A stretch of DNA of 64,000 bases from Podarcis melisellensis (taxonomy: Eukaryota), in the NCBI GenBank assembly GCA_964234715.1, contig OZ174275.1; one strand, 5' to 3'. The position numbers were made by a program, and so were the translations under genes. Below, in pieces: positions 53,305 through 64,000 of this stretch; the stretch's first letter is position 1, and each line of letters starts with the position of its first letter. The notes under the pieces were generated by a model. It worked only from the letters and a program-made list of their open reading frames with translations. It did not search any database and was not told the origin of the DNA.

Positions 53305-54241
53305 AATGTTTCTGCCTTTCTACTCATAGAAGCTTCAATTGGATCAAATTGCCCTTCTCTCATTGAAGAGACACAATTGAATACAACTCATTCTTTGTGA
53401 GTGTGAGCATCCTGGAAAAGTAAAGCAGCCAGGCTGGATTCGCTCCATAAACTGGATCCAGGGTTATTTTTTCTTTCTTTCTTGGCACATTGGCATTGTG
53501 AATTGCACGTCATCCTTAAGTAGTTATCACCAATAATTTATGTGATGCAAATGTAAAAGAGCTGAGTTGCACTCAAATCTGTGGCACCATAACCATCTGT
53601 AATGGTAGGTGGAGGAGGAAGGATGGGCAAGGAGGCAAGGGCTGATTAGCAGGGCCAGCCTGATAGCATAAGCAACCTAAGTAGTCACTTGGGGAAGGAA
53701 TGTTTTTAAGGTTGTAAGTAGATTAGTGTGTGATTTGTGATTTGTAGCCCAGAAACTCTTTCAATATTCTGGTGGCCATCAGGGTACTACTTCTGGATTG
53801 AGGGAGGCTCTGCTTGCTTCCTCGAAATTTTAAGGCACACATTTCAGATTGTACAGCACAATTGCTTGGAGGCATAGACAGATGGGGAATGTGAGCTTGT
53901 TGGACCCTGGAAATTGGTGGTGTTAGAAGAGGCCCTGTCAGGAATTGATAAACCACATATGAAGAGGGCTGCCAGGTCCAGGAACTCAAACACACTTCAG
54001 CAAGAACAGCACAAGACTTTAGTGTGGTGTCCAAGGTGCAAAACCTGGTAAGGAGTCATTTTGTGGGGTTGAATAGTATCTATCTTTTCTCTCTTTGACA
54101 TAGTGGAATGCTTGAAGATGATTGGATTCTGTTTTCATTGAATGCATTGTTCAGATCTGGATATTCAGTTGCCATATTAATTTGATTGGGAACAGAAATG
54201 CATCTGCTTGGTATTGTTTCCTGATCTTTCAGCGGTGACAG

Positions 54242-54303
<62 letters not shown>
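54242..54303. repeat. (GATA)n microsatellite
   Basis: Seen directly. Confidence 0.95.
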
Positions 54304-54304
<1 letters not shown>

Positions 54305-54338
54305 GTCCCAAGGCACACAATTCAGAATGCAGACTTCT

Positions 54339-54480
54339 GATTCAGTGTATCTGAAGAAGTGTGCATGCACACGAAAGCTTATACCCAGAACAAACTTAGT
54401 TGGTCTCTAAGGTGCTACTGGACAATTTTTTTTATTTCATTTCGACTGCGTCAGACCAACACGGCTACCTACCTGAATCT
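54339..54480 (+). mobile_element. Penelope-like element terminal (pseudo-LTR) fragment
   Basis: Reptile PLE hallmark text: ctgaagaagtg...cacgaaagct...ttagttggtctctaaggtgctac...cagaccaacacggctacctacctgaatct. Confidence 0.8.
54341..54390 (+). ncRNA. Minimal type I hammerhead ribozyme motif (Penelope-associated)
   Basis: Stem I GTAT/ATAC (extendable TTC/GAA); core CTGAAGA 54351-54357; extra A; stem II GTGTG-CATG-CACAC 54359-54372; GAAA 54373-54376; palindromic AGCT helix III; predicted cleavage 3' of 54380. Confidence 0.8.
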
Positions 54481-54646
54481 AGAATCATGCAGAAGCAATT
54501 ACTGAGCTGTAGTTTGCTGATTGCTATTGAGTCTTGAAATAACACTGTTTGGTTCAGGTACAAAAGCAGTAAAGGTATAAAAAATTTCCTAAACTGCCTG
54601 AAGAGTATTGTCTGTGGTACATTTGGGACAATGTTATGGTACATGC

Positions 54647-54808
54647 CATAGAATTATAGAAGTGTAGAGTTGGAAGGGTCATTTAGTCCAAAACCCTGCA
54701 ATGCAGGAATCTGAACTAAACCATCGATGGCCATCCAACCTCTGCTTAGAAACCTTCAATGAAGGAGAGTCCACAACCACCTGAGGGAGTCTGTTCCATG
54801 GTCGAACA
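54647..54808 (-). mobile_element. CR1 LINE 3' fragment
   Basis: catagaat...gagttggaaggg...tgcaatgcaggaatct...tggccatccaacctctgctt, the reverse complement of the CR1 3' end. Confidence 0.9.
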
Positions 54809-55808
54809 TATGTCCTTTCCAGAAGCAGGGTAAATATCATAAGCAGCATTGTTGGCAGAGCAAACCTGTGAAACAGGAGTAAATCTTAAATGAATAACTT
54901 TTATAGGAGTCCTAAGATATACAAATTATGTTTGCATTAAAGGCATATTCTGGTGTTATTGGTTTAATTTCCTTCCAATAAAGTGGCAGTCATATGATCC
55001 TTCACAGATGTCTAAAAGGTCAGTAGGGCTGGGCAAATGCACTGTTCCAAACACATTGTTCAGAAGCAGCACAAAAGTTAGCTATGCTTCTTCCTTTTGT
55101 TTTCTTTTCTTAGGACCAATTTTGTATGTGGTTTGCTTAAGTGATTAGAGATCAAGCTCTAGTTTGTTATCATGGTTGTACACTTGCTTAACTTTCTTGG
55201 CAGTCTGAATCTCTGAATTTCAATTTTTTTTGTAAAGAATGACATATTACAATTAAGCACATAATCAAAGCCCTTGAGAAACCACAATAATCTTGCTCAC
55301 AATAAAAGTGACCTTAAAGCAAGGAACCAAGTCTGTTGGCAATACATTTTGAAGTCTGCAATATTTTGTCTGAAGGATCTTTTCCTTTTTTTCATTTCAA
55401 AATTTGGAAACTGTGGCAGAATTTAGACTGTACACCTTATCCTGACTATTGCAAACCCTAGCAGCTGGCAGCAGATCTACTCACTTATTGACCACTCTGG
55501 CCACCAACATCCCCATCCTCAAAGAAGATTATGCATTTTCTGAGAATTTAAGGCAAATTTCCCATGGCAACACATCTGCAGTGCCTCTCCAGCTGTTCCC
55601 ATCCCTGCAAAACTGAAGCAAAGGCCAATCATTCGGTGATTTCCTATTATGTGCATATGTCACACATTGCTTTCTCAGGGAGTGATGCAGGTTTTTTGAA
55701 ACATCCAAAGGCTGCATGTTGCAGGTGGAATAAATGATTTCTAACCGGTCACATTTATACTAAAACATACTCAGCCAATTTATATATCACTCACTGAAAA
55801 TATATATA

Positions 55809-55997
55809 CAGTGGTACCTCCGGTTGCGGACGGAATCTGTTCCAGAGGTCTGGCCAGATTCTGAGGTTTTCGCAACTGGAGAGACTGCTTCTGCGCACGT
55901 GCATGTGGCAAAAACCCGGAAATATACTTCTGGGTTTGCTGCTTACGTATCCTGAAGTTGACGTCACCGGAGGGATATGTAAGCGAATGTACGACTG
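55809..55997. mobile_element. Tc1/mariner (Tigger/pogo-type) MITE
   Basis: TA|CAGTGGTACCTC ... ATGTACGACTG|TA: imperfect TIRs with a TA target duplication. Confidence 0.8.
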
Positions 55998-56195
55998 TAT
56001 ATGTGTGTGTGTGTGTATTCCTGTAGGCTGTGAACAATAAGAAAAAATTATCCAGGCTGTATTAATGCCATCAGAAAAAGTGTCTGAACAGTTGGACACA
56101 TTAGGTTGATATGGTGGCAGAATTTACCTGTCTCTTGCCTTCCATTTGCCTGCTCTTCTACTGCCTGTGTTCATTTTGCTTGGCTCAATATGCAG

Positions 56196-56234
<39 letters not shown>
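56196..56234. repeat. (CTTA)n microsatellite
   Basis: Seen directly. Confidence 0.95.
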
Positions 56235-56941
56235 TGTGCCTTAGTTATGCAACTGCTAAAATTCATCAAGTCCCAGCTACCACAGTCAGGAGCCAGGGGC
56301 CCATGGGGCTCTCATCTGAAGTCCATGCTTATGTTATATTTTCATATTATATGGTATGGAGACTCCCTTCTGTTTGACTTGTATTTTGGTAACTTATTTC
56401 AAATTTTCTCCATGATGGGGAGGGGGCAGAATATGATTGTCACTTTGCCTTTTAGAGTTCTAGTCTGGCTTGTATTATTTTTGAGCATGTGTCTTCCTGC
56501 GATGCCACTGGGGAGCTGTAGCGGGAGGGTAGGCAAGCAGCTCTGTGTTGCTTGATGTCCTGTTTGGCTTGCATCATTGTGGATCCTGATTGGCTGCTGG
56601 AACATGGAGGAGGAAGCGTTGGCAGCTCCAGTGGCATTTAACTATTTTTTAAAGTTAAATGTTTCTTTTGTGAGCATGAAGTCTCCCTTTGACTATACAA
56701 CTCAGAATCCACTTATGATAACTTTCCCATATGGATTATCTGCAGAGGAATAGACAATGCCCTTTTTACCTTCAAATGTGCTGCTATCAAATATGCTGCC
56801 AAGAGTCTTTATGCTGTATTGATGTAGCTCCCTCTCCCCAAATAGAAAACTCTTTTTATTCTAGTGGTCATAACTGTTTCAAGTGTAAGAATCAAACAAC
56901 AACAGAACAAAAAGCTATGTGGTTAGTGTTTTGTATAAAGG

Positions 56942-57075
56942 CAGTGCTTTTTTTCAGGGGTTACTCAAGGGTACACGGTACCGGTACACCTCTCTTTTTT
57001 TGTTAAAAAATGTGGCACTTACTGTAACAGCTTCATGGTGCATACTGGCACCTGTTTTTCTAGAAACAAGCACTG
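56942..57075. mobile_element. hAT-type MITE
   Basis: TIR CAGTGCTT...AAGCACTG; 8-bp TSD TATAAAGG / TATACAGG (7 of 8 match). Confidence 0.8.
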
Positions 57076-58039
57076 TATACAGGAATCAAGTCTTATCTAT
57101 CAGATAGTAAAGAGAATGCCACTGTAGAGCAGGTGTACATTCCTGCAACATGTATCCTCAAATCTCTCCCCCCCCCAACACACATATGGAAGTGGAGCCA
57201 ATTCAGTAAGTGGGAATTATAAGAGCAGGCACAGGTTGAGATTCTGAATGCACACCCTCCCCACCCCTCCCTAGCAATAGAGAAAAAAAGACTGGACTAA
57301 ACCGCAATTCTCTGGCAGAAACAGCAGTTTCCCAGTAAGAGGTTAAAGCAATCAAGTTCTGAGAACTCTTCATTGACCTACCCCAATAAATGCTGACCAC
57401 ACAGGTACTAATGTGAGACATCCAGTTGTTATTAATTAGTAATTTCAAAAGGTTAGGGTGCGTGACTCACAACGAACAGTGAAAATTCATGTTATTTATT
57501 CATTTGTTTGTTGAAAATCTGATGCCCTGCACTTCCAATGCATTTGCATCACTCATGGTGGCAGATGGTTATCTACGCACAGCATTTTGTGGGTGGTGTC
57601 ACTGACGTCTCTTCTGGAGACTTCAATGCCTGAATTTGTGTGCGTATGTAATCAATGGTGACACATACATTATTGCTTTCTTTCCTGGATAATTTCCAAT
57701 ACTGCTGAGATTATTATTATTATTATTTTAAAGAGTTGTTCTGTCTTAGGTAGGACTCTGAAATAGGTAACTGCCTACATGGAATTGCTGTGGAAGAAAT
57801 AAACAATTCATCATGGAAATGGAAAGGTTGACAAAGGGCAGGAAATAGAGAGAATGGTGTCTGTTTCTTCCCACAGAGCTATTTCCCCTTCTAAGGTAGG
57901 GCAGCAAGATCACCAGATTGGTTCTTCAGATTAACTCAGTTACAGCACAAGAGACCCAGCCAGGGTGGGAGGAATGCCATAATGAGAACCCACAGCAAAA
58001 TGTTGCTTGGATTAAAAAGCTTAGTGCCCTATACAACAC

Positions 58040-58495
58040 CTCGCTCCTGATTCTCCCTTCCCTTCCCCTACCTGTCACCCTGTTTCTAACTTCCTCTTCT
58101 GCAATCCCTACTGTGTCTTTCATTTTATACTTCTCTCCTTTCTCCCCTTTGTGTTCCACTGTTTATGCTGCCATTTCCCCTCCCTCCACCTCTGCTCCTG
58201 TCCATTCTCTCTCACTTGATCACTCTGTTCTCCTCTGCCCCCAGCCCCACCCTCACCATCTCTTGTTCTTGGTCCTTTTCATCCTACCTTCTCCTTACTC
58301 CTCTTTGCTGCCTCTGCTCTCACCCAACTCCTCTGTTGCCTTCTCTCACTCACTATGTCATAAATTGTATTTCACTACCTCCTACCTCCTGCTTTCTCCT
58401 TATTGCCCCCTCCTCGCTGTCATCCTTTGGGTTTCTTCTTTTCTCCACTCAGTTTCTCCTTCTGCTTCTTGCTTCTGTTGTCCTTCTTCTGTCAG
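58040..58495. repeat. CT-rich low-complexity tract
   Basis: About 450 nt of strongly pyrimidine-biased sequence on the + strand. Confidence 0.8.
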
Positions 58496-61400
58496 GAGCC
58501 TGTGTGATGGTTTTTGAAAGCTTGCCATGCAAACCCTGACCCTACAGATTATGAGACAGCCAAAGAGCACAGCAAGATTAACATATACTGCATGCTTGTG
58601 CAGTTGCATTCAAAACCTTGGGGGGGGGGGGAGAAGTGCCCCATCTGTGTTTGTTTCTCAACCCCACCCCAATTTTTTGTGTTTCTATATTCCTCAAGAT
58701 TCACCAAGCATGCAGATATCTTTCTCTTGCTCTTTTGTCAACCCATCTTGGCTACAAAGCTTGTTGAGGCTGACCTCCCATCTCTCACACTTTGTTCTAC
58801 AGCATTATTGTGGTGCCCCCTGCAGCATGGTGCCCAGTGCAGGTATCTGATGTGGTGGAGCGGCAATCACCCACCCCCAATGTGCTAGGGACTTGTACTA
58901 TGTTTGGTCTCTGAAGCGTCACACCCATCCTGGGCTGTGGTGAAGTCACCGGGCATTGGCAGCCAATGGCTCCTGTCCACAGACTACCTTAGTGTTCATG
59001 TGCACAAAGCTGTTCAGAATTACTTGAGATATAAAATGAATGATTCGGCTTAGTAACTCATTGAGATTTTGGGGACTGTGGACTGTAGGAAATATTGTAA
59101 TAGGGTTCCCACCCCACCTCCCTTGCTTAAGGGACAAAAGTTGAGATTACAAATACTTAAAACTTTTTTGAAGGGGAATTTTCAGTGACAGTAACATCCC
59201 ATTTTATGTGTAGAACAAAATAACTGATCATTTAGAAGTTATTTAGCAATATGGGGGTAAATCTGTTTGAGTAGTTTGGACTCCCCCCCCCAAAAAAAAA
59301 GATATATCTATGATCCGGTTCAGCATCACTTGTTGAAATGAATCAAGTATTCCTCAGTTTCGTGAAGCATCCTGATATTTTGGTTTTGACTGATTTGTGG
59401 ATATCTGTAAGCCACAGGTTGGCAACTCAGTTCCAAATCATCAGAGTTCCTTTCTTCCTGTTTGTTTCCTCCTTGCTTTTCTCTCTCTTCGTGTAGTTTT
59501 AGAGCAATTGAAAGATAGTATTTTATTCGATAAAAATAACTTGATTTTTTAAATTTAAAGCTCCTGGTTGTTTGGCTTAGAGTAAATAAGTTTTTCCCTA
59601 GTCATCCACTTGGTAGACTTCTGTCCTGTGTGTTTGTAGCATACTAAAGTCAGAAGAGAAATACTTCCTCTTGTTTTCCAAAAAAAGGAGCATTGCACTT
59701 TAAGTGTCCTCTATGCACCTGTTTGAAAGTTACTCTATCAAACTAAATGAGGCTTACTTTTCAGTAAACCTGGATGAGATTGTGAATTCTAACATGAGAT
59801 GCACACTGTGAAAATTGAAGTAGGGTGGTCTCTTTCCATTTAGTTCATGAGAACACATAGAGTAATGATCCATAAGAAAATGGCTTAAATATACTTCAGA
59901 GCCTTAAACTATTAAGTTTTAGCAGCAGGAACTTATTGGCTTATAGTTGGGAAGGCGGTGACCAAGAAAGAACTTTGCCATTGCTATAGATTGTTCATCA
60001 TTTATAAAAGCAAACCGTCCAAAGCATGTGCTTGCAGTGTAAATTTTGATTACCCCATCTGCTTCTGAGCAGAGTTTAACCAGCAATTCCTATAATGCAA
60101 CAATTATGACTCCCCCCTCCCTTTCTGGGTCACCCACGTAAAGCTGTCCATGTGATTCCCCACCCCCATCCTTGGCAGGCTCTTGAATTGACTGTGATGC
60201 ATAAAGGGGTCGATCGACAAAGCGGTTGCCTGGGTGGAAAGACACATACACAAATGAATCAAGAGCACAAAGATTTCATGTTTGCTTCCCACACTCAAGA
60301 CTTTGAGAAATATTCATTTTTCTGTCGCCACCTTTGGGGTTCTGCACTGAAGGGGACAGGTAGGCGTTTTCAAATAGCAATAATTTGTGCTTCTATGGCC
60401 TTTTGCATCTGCACCCAGGGAGCACTGCATATGTGAATCACAAGCAGGCTTTTCTTTTTCCTCCCCTCCCCCTTTCTATCCTTTAAAATATCTGATCTAT
60501 GCCCGATAGTTGTGGAGGTGGGGAGGGAATAAGGAAGCATGCTGAGTCCTCTTCTTCTGCTACTACTATCTTTCATCCAGTACAATGTCATCATAAGGTC
60601 AAGAATGACAGCAAGAGGCTACCCTGCAGTAGGCTGCATGCTGACAGCGCCATGCAGAATCAATAGAGTAAGGGAGAGGCCAGGTGATGGAGAAGTTCAC
60701 TCAGCAGAAGCAGGGCTAGGGGCAAAAGGTGCTATGGCAGTGAAGAACAGATGGATGAGATATGGGGAAGCTGAATTGGATATTTAAATGTTACTTACCT
60801 TCTGTTCCACCTTCCAGCCTCAGCAATGCTCATATACTCTGTCCAACCGTTGACCAGTTTTTAGAGTCTGTATCTGACACTGGGAATTCAAGATATGATT
60901 AGCAACTAGTCTACTAGGAGTGGAGTTGCACTGCTGCCCCATCACATTCATTGGGCACGTTATTGGCCCTATAATGATCAAAAACCTATGATTTTATATT
61001 GCAAACTGCCCTGTGATCTTTGGATGATGAGCAGTAGAATGAATGAATGAATGAATGAATGTTGTGGATGCCTGAAATGAAGAAGCCTATGGCTGAGCAG
61101 CTGCTTGCATTCAGACTTCAACAAAATTTGTAAGACTTTTTAGGAAGGCTTGGTATAAAGAGTTAGTTATAATGTAAGAGATTGCATGGATTTGCCTGCC
61201 CCCGTGCCCCCAACACCTCTGAATTGATTTTCGAGAAAGGATTCATTCTGTTTGCACCTTAACGTCGTGACACGGTCTTCTTGTTACCATTGTCATGGCA
61301 CCCTCTTCTGCCAGACACTTGTGTTGGGTTTCAAATAATCTACTATCACCTGTCCCTGGCCACTAAATTAGACCAGGCTTTGAACATAGCTCCCATTGTG

Positions 61401-62666
61401 AAGTTATATTTAATGTACAAACCTTTGAAAGGGTTTTTGTAGAGCATGCAAATAGCCTAGTCATATTGGCTGACGATCTTGGAATGTATGTGTGCCTTTT
61501 ACAGGAGAATGCATCTTGGAACAATTTCAGAAATTGTGGGATACAGTACACCATATTCACACTTGGTTTAGTTTTTGCGTGCGTTTGATATTTTGTGTTA
61601 ATTTATAGGCAAGATTAATGTGTGGTGTGTGTGTAAATGGTAAAGGAATCCTATCTTTTCAAGATGCAGGAGCTGCTGAAAGTTCTTCAGGTCACTTCTA
61701 ACTCTGTGATTATGCATGGCTTTAATCAAATTAATAAGACATTTATGTTTGACTAGTACAAATCATATGGTGTGCATTATTAGTGCTCTTCCACATCATC
61801 CAAAAGAGACGTTTGAAAGGTTGCCAGAGGACATCCTTCCCAAACTTCTCAACACACCCACAATTTATTATAACCAGGTCAGTTTTAAAAGCAAAAACAA
61901 CTTTCATACTTAATGTTGAATTAGGAGATAAACAGTGTGTTTTGAGAATAGCTAACTCTTAATATAGAGACAGCAAAATCTGAATTTCTGTTTTGAATTT
62001 GGGACTGTAGTTTGACAAAGCACCCTTAGAAACACTGTTTTATGTAAGAGCTTCACACTGTAATCACCGAAAGATGCTCGAGACACAACTCTTATAGGCA
62101 TCTGGTTCATTCTGAGCAAAGCTCTCTTATTTATGATTTGCTGCTTCTCAACCACACAATTGATATACACCTTCATTCTTGTAACCTTCAGTTACAGTTT
62201 AGCATTGCATTTAAACACAACCATAGAATAGACTGAAGACAGCCAAACAGCTTTTTTAAAAGCATAATATTGAAATAGAGGAGTTGAATGTCCTTAGCCA
62301 GCTAATCAAATTGTCAGCCAATCACTGCCTTGTAGTTTAGGCAGTGTGAAAAAAATCATTTTACAATCAGTACCTTCATAAAATGTCTTTGTAGTGCAAA
62401 CACCATAGCTTTCAGCTAAACCTCATGTTAGTGAACTATTTGCTATTGCAGCTAATTGCTTATGCAATGTCTGTAAATCACAAGATGCTTCTGATGTACA
62501 TGTGATCTCGCTGTAGGCAGAATGGCTGAATCTTCCAAAGCATAAGGGAAGCCCAGTTACTGACATAAAAGTTGGCAGCCCATGCAAGTTGCAGAGGTGG
62601 TACAAAGTCTCTGTTCAGAATGACTGTGTGGTGCTAAATTGCAGGAAATAAACCATGTTGCAAACC

Positions 62667-62673
62667 TATAAAG
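62667..62673 (+). promoter_or_regulatory. Candidate TATA box of an internal promoter
   Basis: TATAAAG about 120 nt upstream of the ATG at 62790, followed by a GA-rich putative 5' UTR. Confidence 0.45.
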
Positions 62674-62789
62674 CTTCACTGGAAAGTCAGACAGGCAAGG
62701 GGAGGGGAAGAGAGAGAGAGAGAGACAGACAGAAACATTTTCAGTTTTGCCTTCAACCGCAAAGAGGCTGCAGCCAACAAAGGAGCAGA

Positions 62790-62837
62790 ATGTTAAAGTG
62801 GATGAGTTCGAGGCAACCAAAACAGATCAAGAAGAGA
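62790..62837 (+). CDS. KALRN: Candidate alternative first coding exon of an N-terminally truncated kalirin isoform
   Basis: ATG with A at -3; MLKWMSSRQPKQIKKR; strong donor AGA|GTGAGT in phase 0, the same phase as the preceding exon end; upstream TATA box. Confidence 0.65.
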
Positions 62838-64000
62838 GTGAGTATGACCTGAACCCCTCCTTTTCCTCTTACATCACATTAGGTCAAGGGGATAATAATA
62901 GTATAATCATGATCAGCTAGTAAAATGAACTATTCAAACCCAAGTCTGTAAAGGTACAAAACTGTGTTCCGATTCAATTTCTAATTAGGAGAAAGAGTGT
63001 TCTCCCCTTTTGAAGAAGCCAGATTTTATTTTGCTATTTGAATTAACAATTTAGGATGTAAATGTGTTGTAAGAATTTGTAGAGTGTGTAAATATGGTGG
63101 GCAATCATTTGTGTAAATGCAGAAAAACAGCTCCATGTTATAGGGACATGGTCACTAACATAGTTACCAATCAGTCAAGATTTCTAGCAAATGGGTGAAT
63201 AACTTGAAAAGATCAGAATAGACTTGTGGCAGAATAAACTTGCAAGCATTTTAAGTAGGTGTAAAGTTGAAATGGAAAGTGTAAATACTGTGATGTTATG
63301 TTTTGTCAGCTTATTAGAGGCTACCTAAGTGTTTAAGCGAGGACCTAAAAAAATAATTATCCATTTCTCTAGAATAAGCAGCTCCAGTCCACATATTCCT
63401 TTTTAATATACTTATTTGCCGTCAAAGAGAGTATCAAGGAAGTGCTTCCTCAGACCACCCATAAAAGGGAATAATGGGTGTGGTGAAATGTTGCGGACAT
63501 TCCCTCTTTGCTGCTGAGCAAACTGCCCTGCTGGGGTTATTTGCAGTCCAGCCTGTCTTTCATAAATGGGAGCACTTGTGGAAAGTTAACTAAAGGAGGA
63601 ACAGTGTATGATCATGCAGTTAAAGGTTTCTTTTTTATTTTTTGTACTTTTTTATTTTCAACACTCTTGTTGTTTTAAGTGCCCATTTAATATATGTCTG
63701 TCATGCTGTCCCTAAACATTGGTGACATGGAAATGCGTACATTGTACTGATATCAATGACACTTATCTAATGGTTTGAGAGTAGGGGAAAACATAGCTAA
63801 TGTTGATTCCCAGCTAGCTCTGTCCATTTCAAACTAGCTATGTGCATATGCCTGTTTTGGGTGAGGTTCATATTTACACTGGCATTTTACAAGCCAAACC
63901 CTGATAACAGTAGTGCATGCACATGAACAACCTGGCCCAAGGTTCCTATTTACTAGAAGCTAGTGTGTGTACCCTTTTCCCCTCAACAGCTCCACGCTGA

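Noticed and set aside
56106-56555. 149-aa ORF
   Set aside because: It spans a (CTTA)n microsatellite (LTYLLTY repeats), has a non-ATG start and shows no homology.
57918-58517. 199-aa ORF
   Set aside because: Product of the CT-rich low-complexity tract, which lacks stop codons; S/L/P-biased, non-ATG start, no recognisable domain.
52802-64000. Kalirin-7 terminal exon (...STYV) and SH3 exon (LSGGCELTVV...)
   Set aside because: No matching coding sequence found by eye; they probably lie downstream of the window.

Overview
This window is vertebrate genomic DNA, not prokaryotic. It holds a 22-exon internal segment of the kalirin RhoGEF gene (KALRN) on the + strand, at 335..52801. The exons splice phase-consistently into 2934 nt (978 codons) encoding the C-terminal spectrin-like repeats, the first DH (GEF1) domain, the first PH domain and the linker ending ...SQNTVDSDK. 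By my count these are about exons 12-33 of the mammalian gene. The Kalirin-7 terminal exon and the SH3 exon were not found and presumably lie downstream. The repeats (Sauria SINEs, Squam3-like SINEs, a tRNA-head/CR1-tail SINE, CR1, Penelope, gypsy-type solo LTRs, MITEs) indicate a squamate, probably a lacertid lizard. Main observations: (1) a candidate internal TATA promoter and coding first exon (MLKWMSSRQPKQIKKR|GTGAGT) at about 62.7-62.8 kb; (2) an intact minimal hammerhead ribozyme core in a Penelope fragment, sense to the pre-mRNA; (3) three solo LTRs that each carry an acidic reading frame running from the LTR edge; (4) inverted Sauria SINEs flanking a 405-nt, stop-free, in-frame three-exon block (circRNA candidate); (5) a 1.2-kb non-autonomous L1-like retrocopy with promoter motifs, poly(A) and a TSD; (6) a GC-AG intron with an immediate stop and a poly(A) signal. 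Family names rest on my recognition of consensus sequences, not on database searches. Most other ORFs in the track are chance intronic frames.
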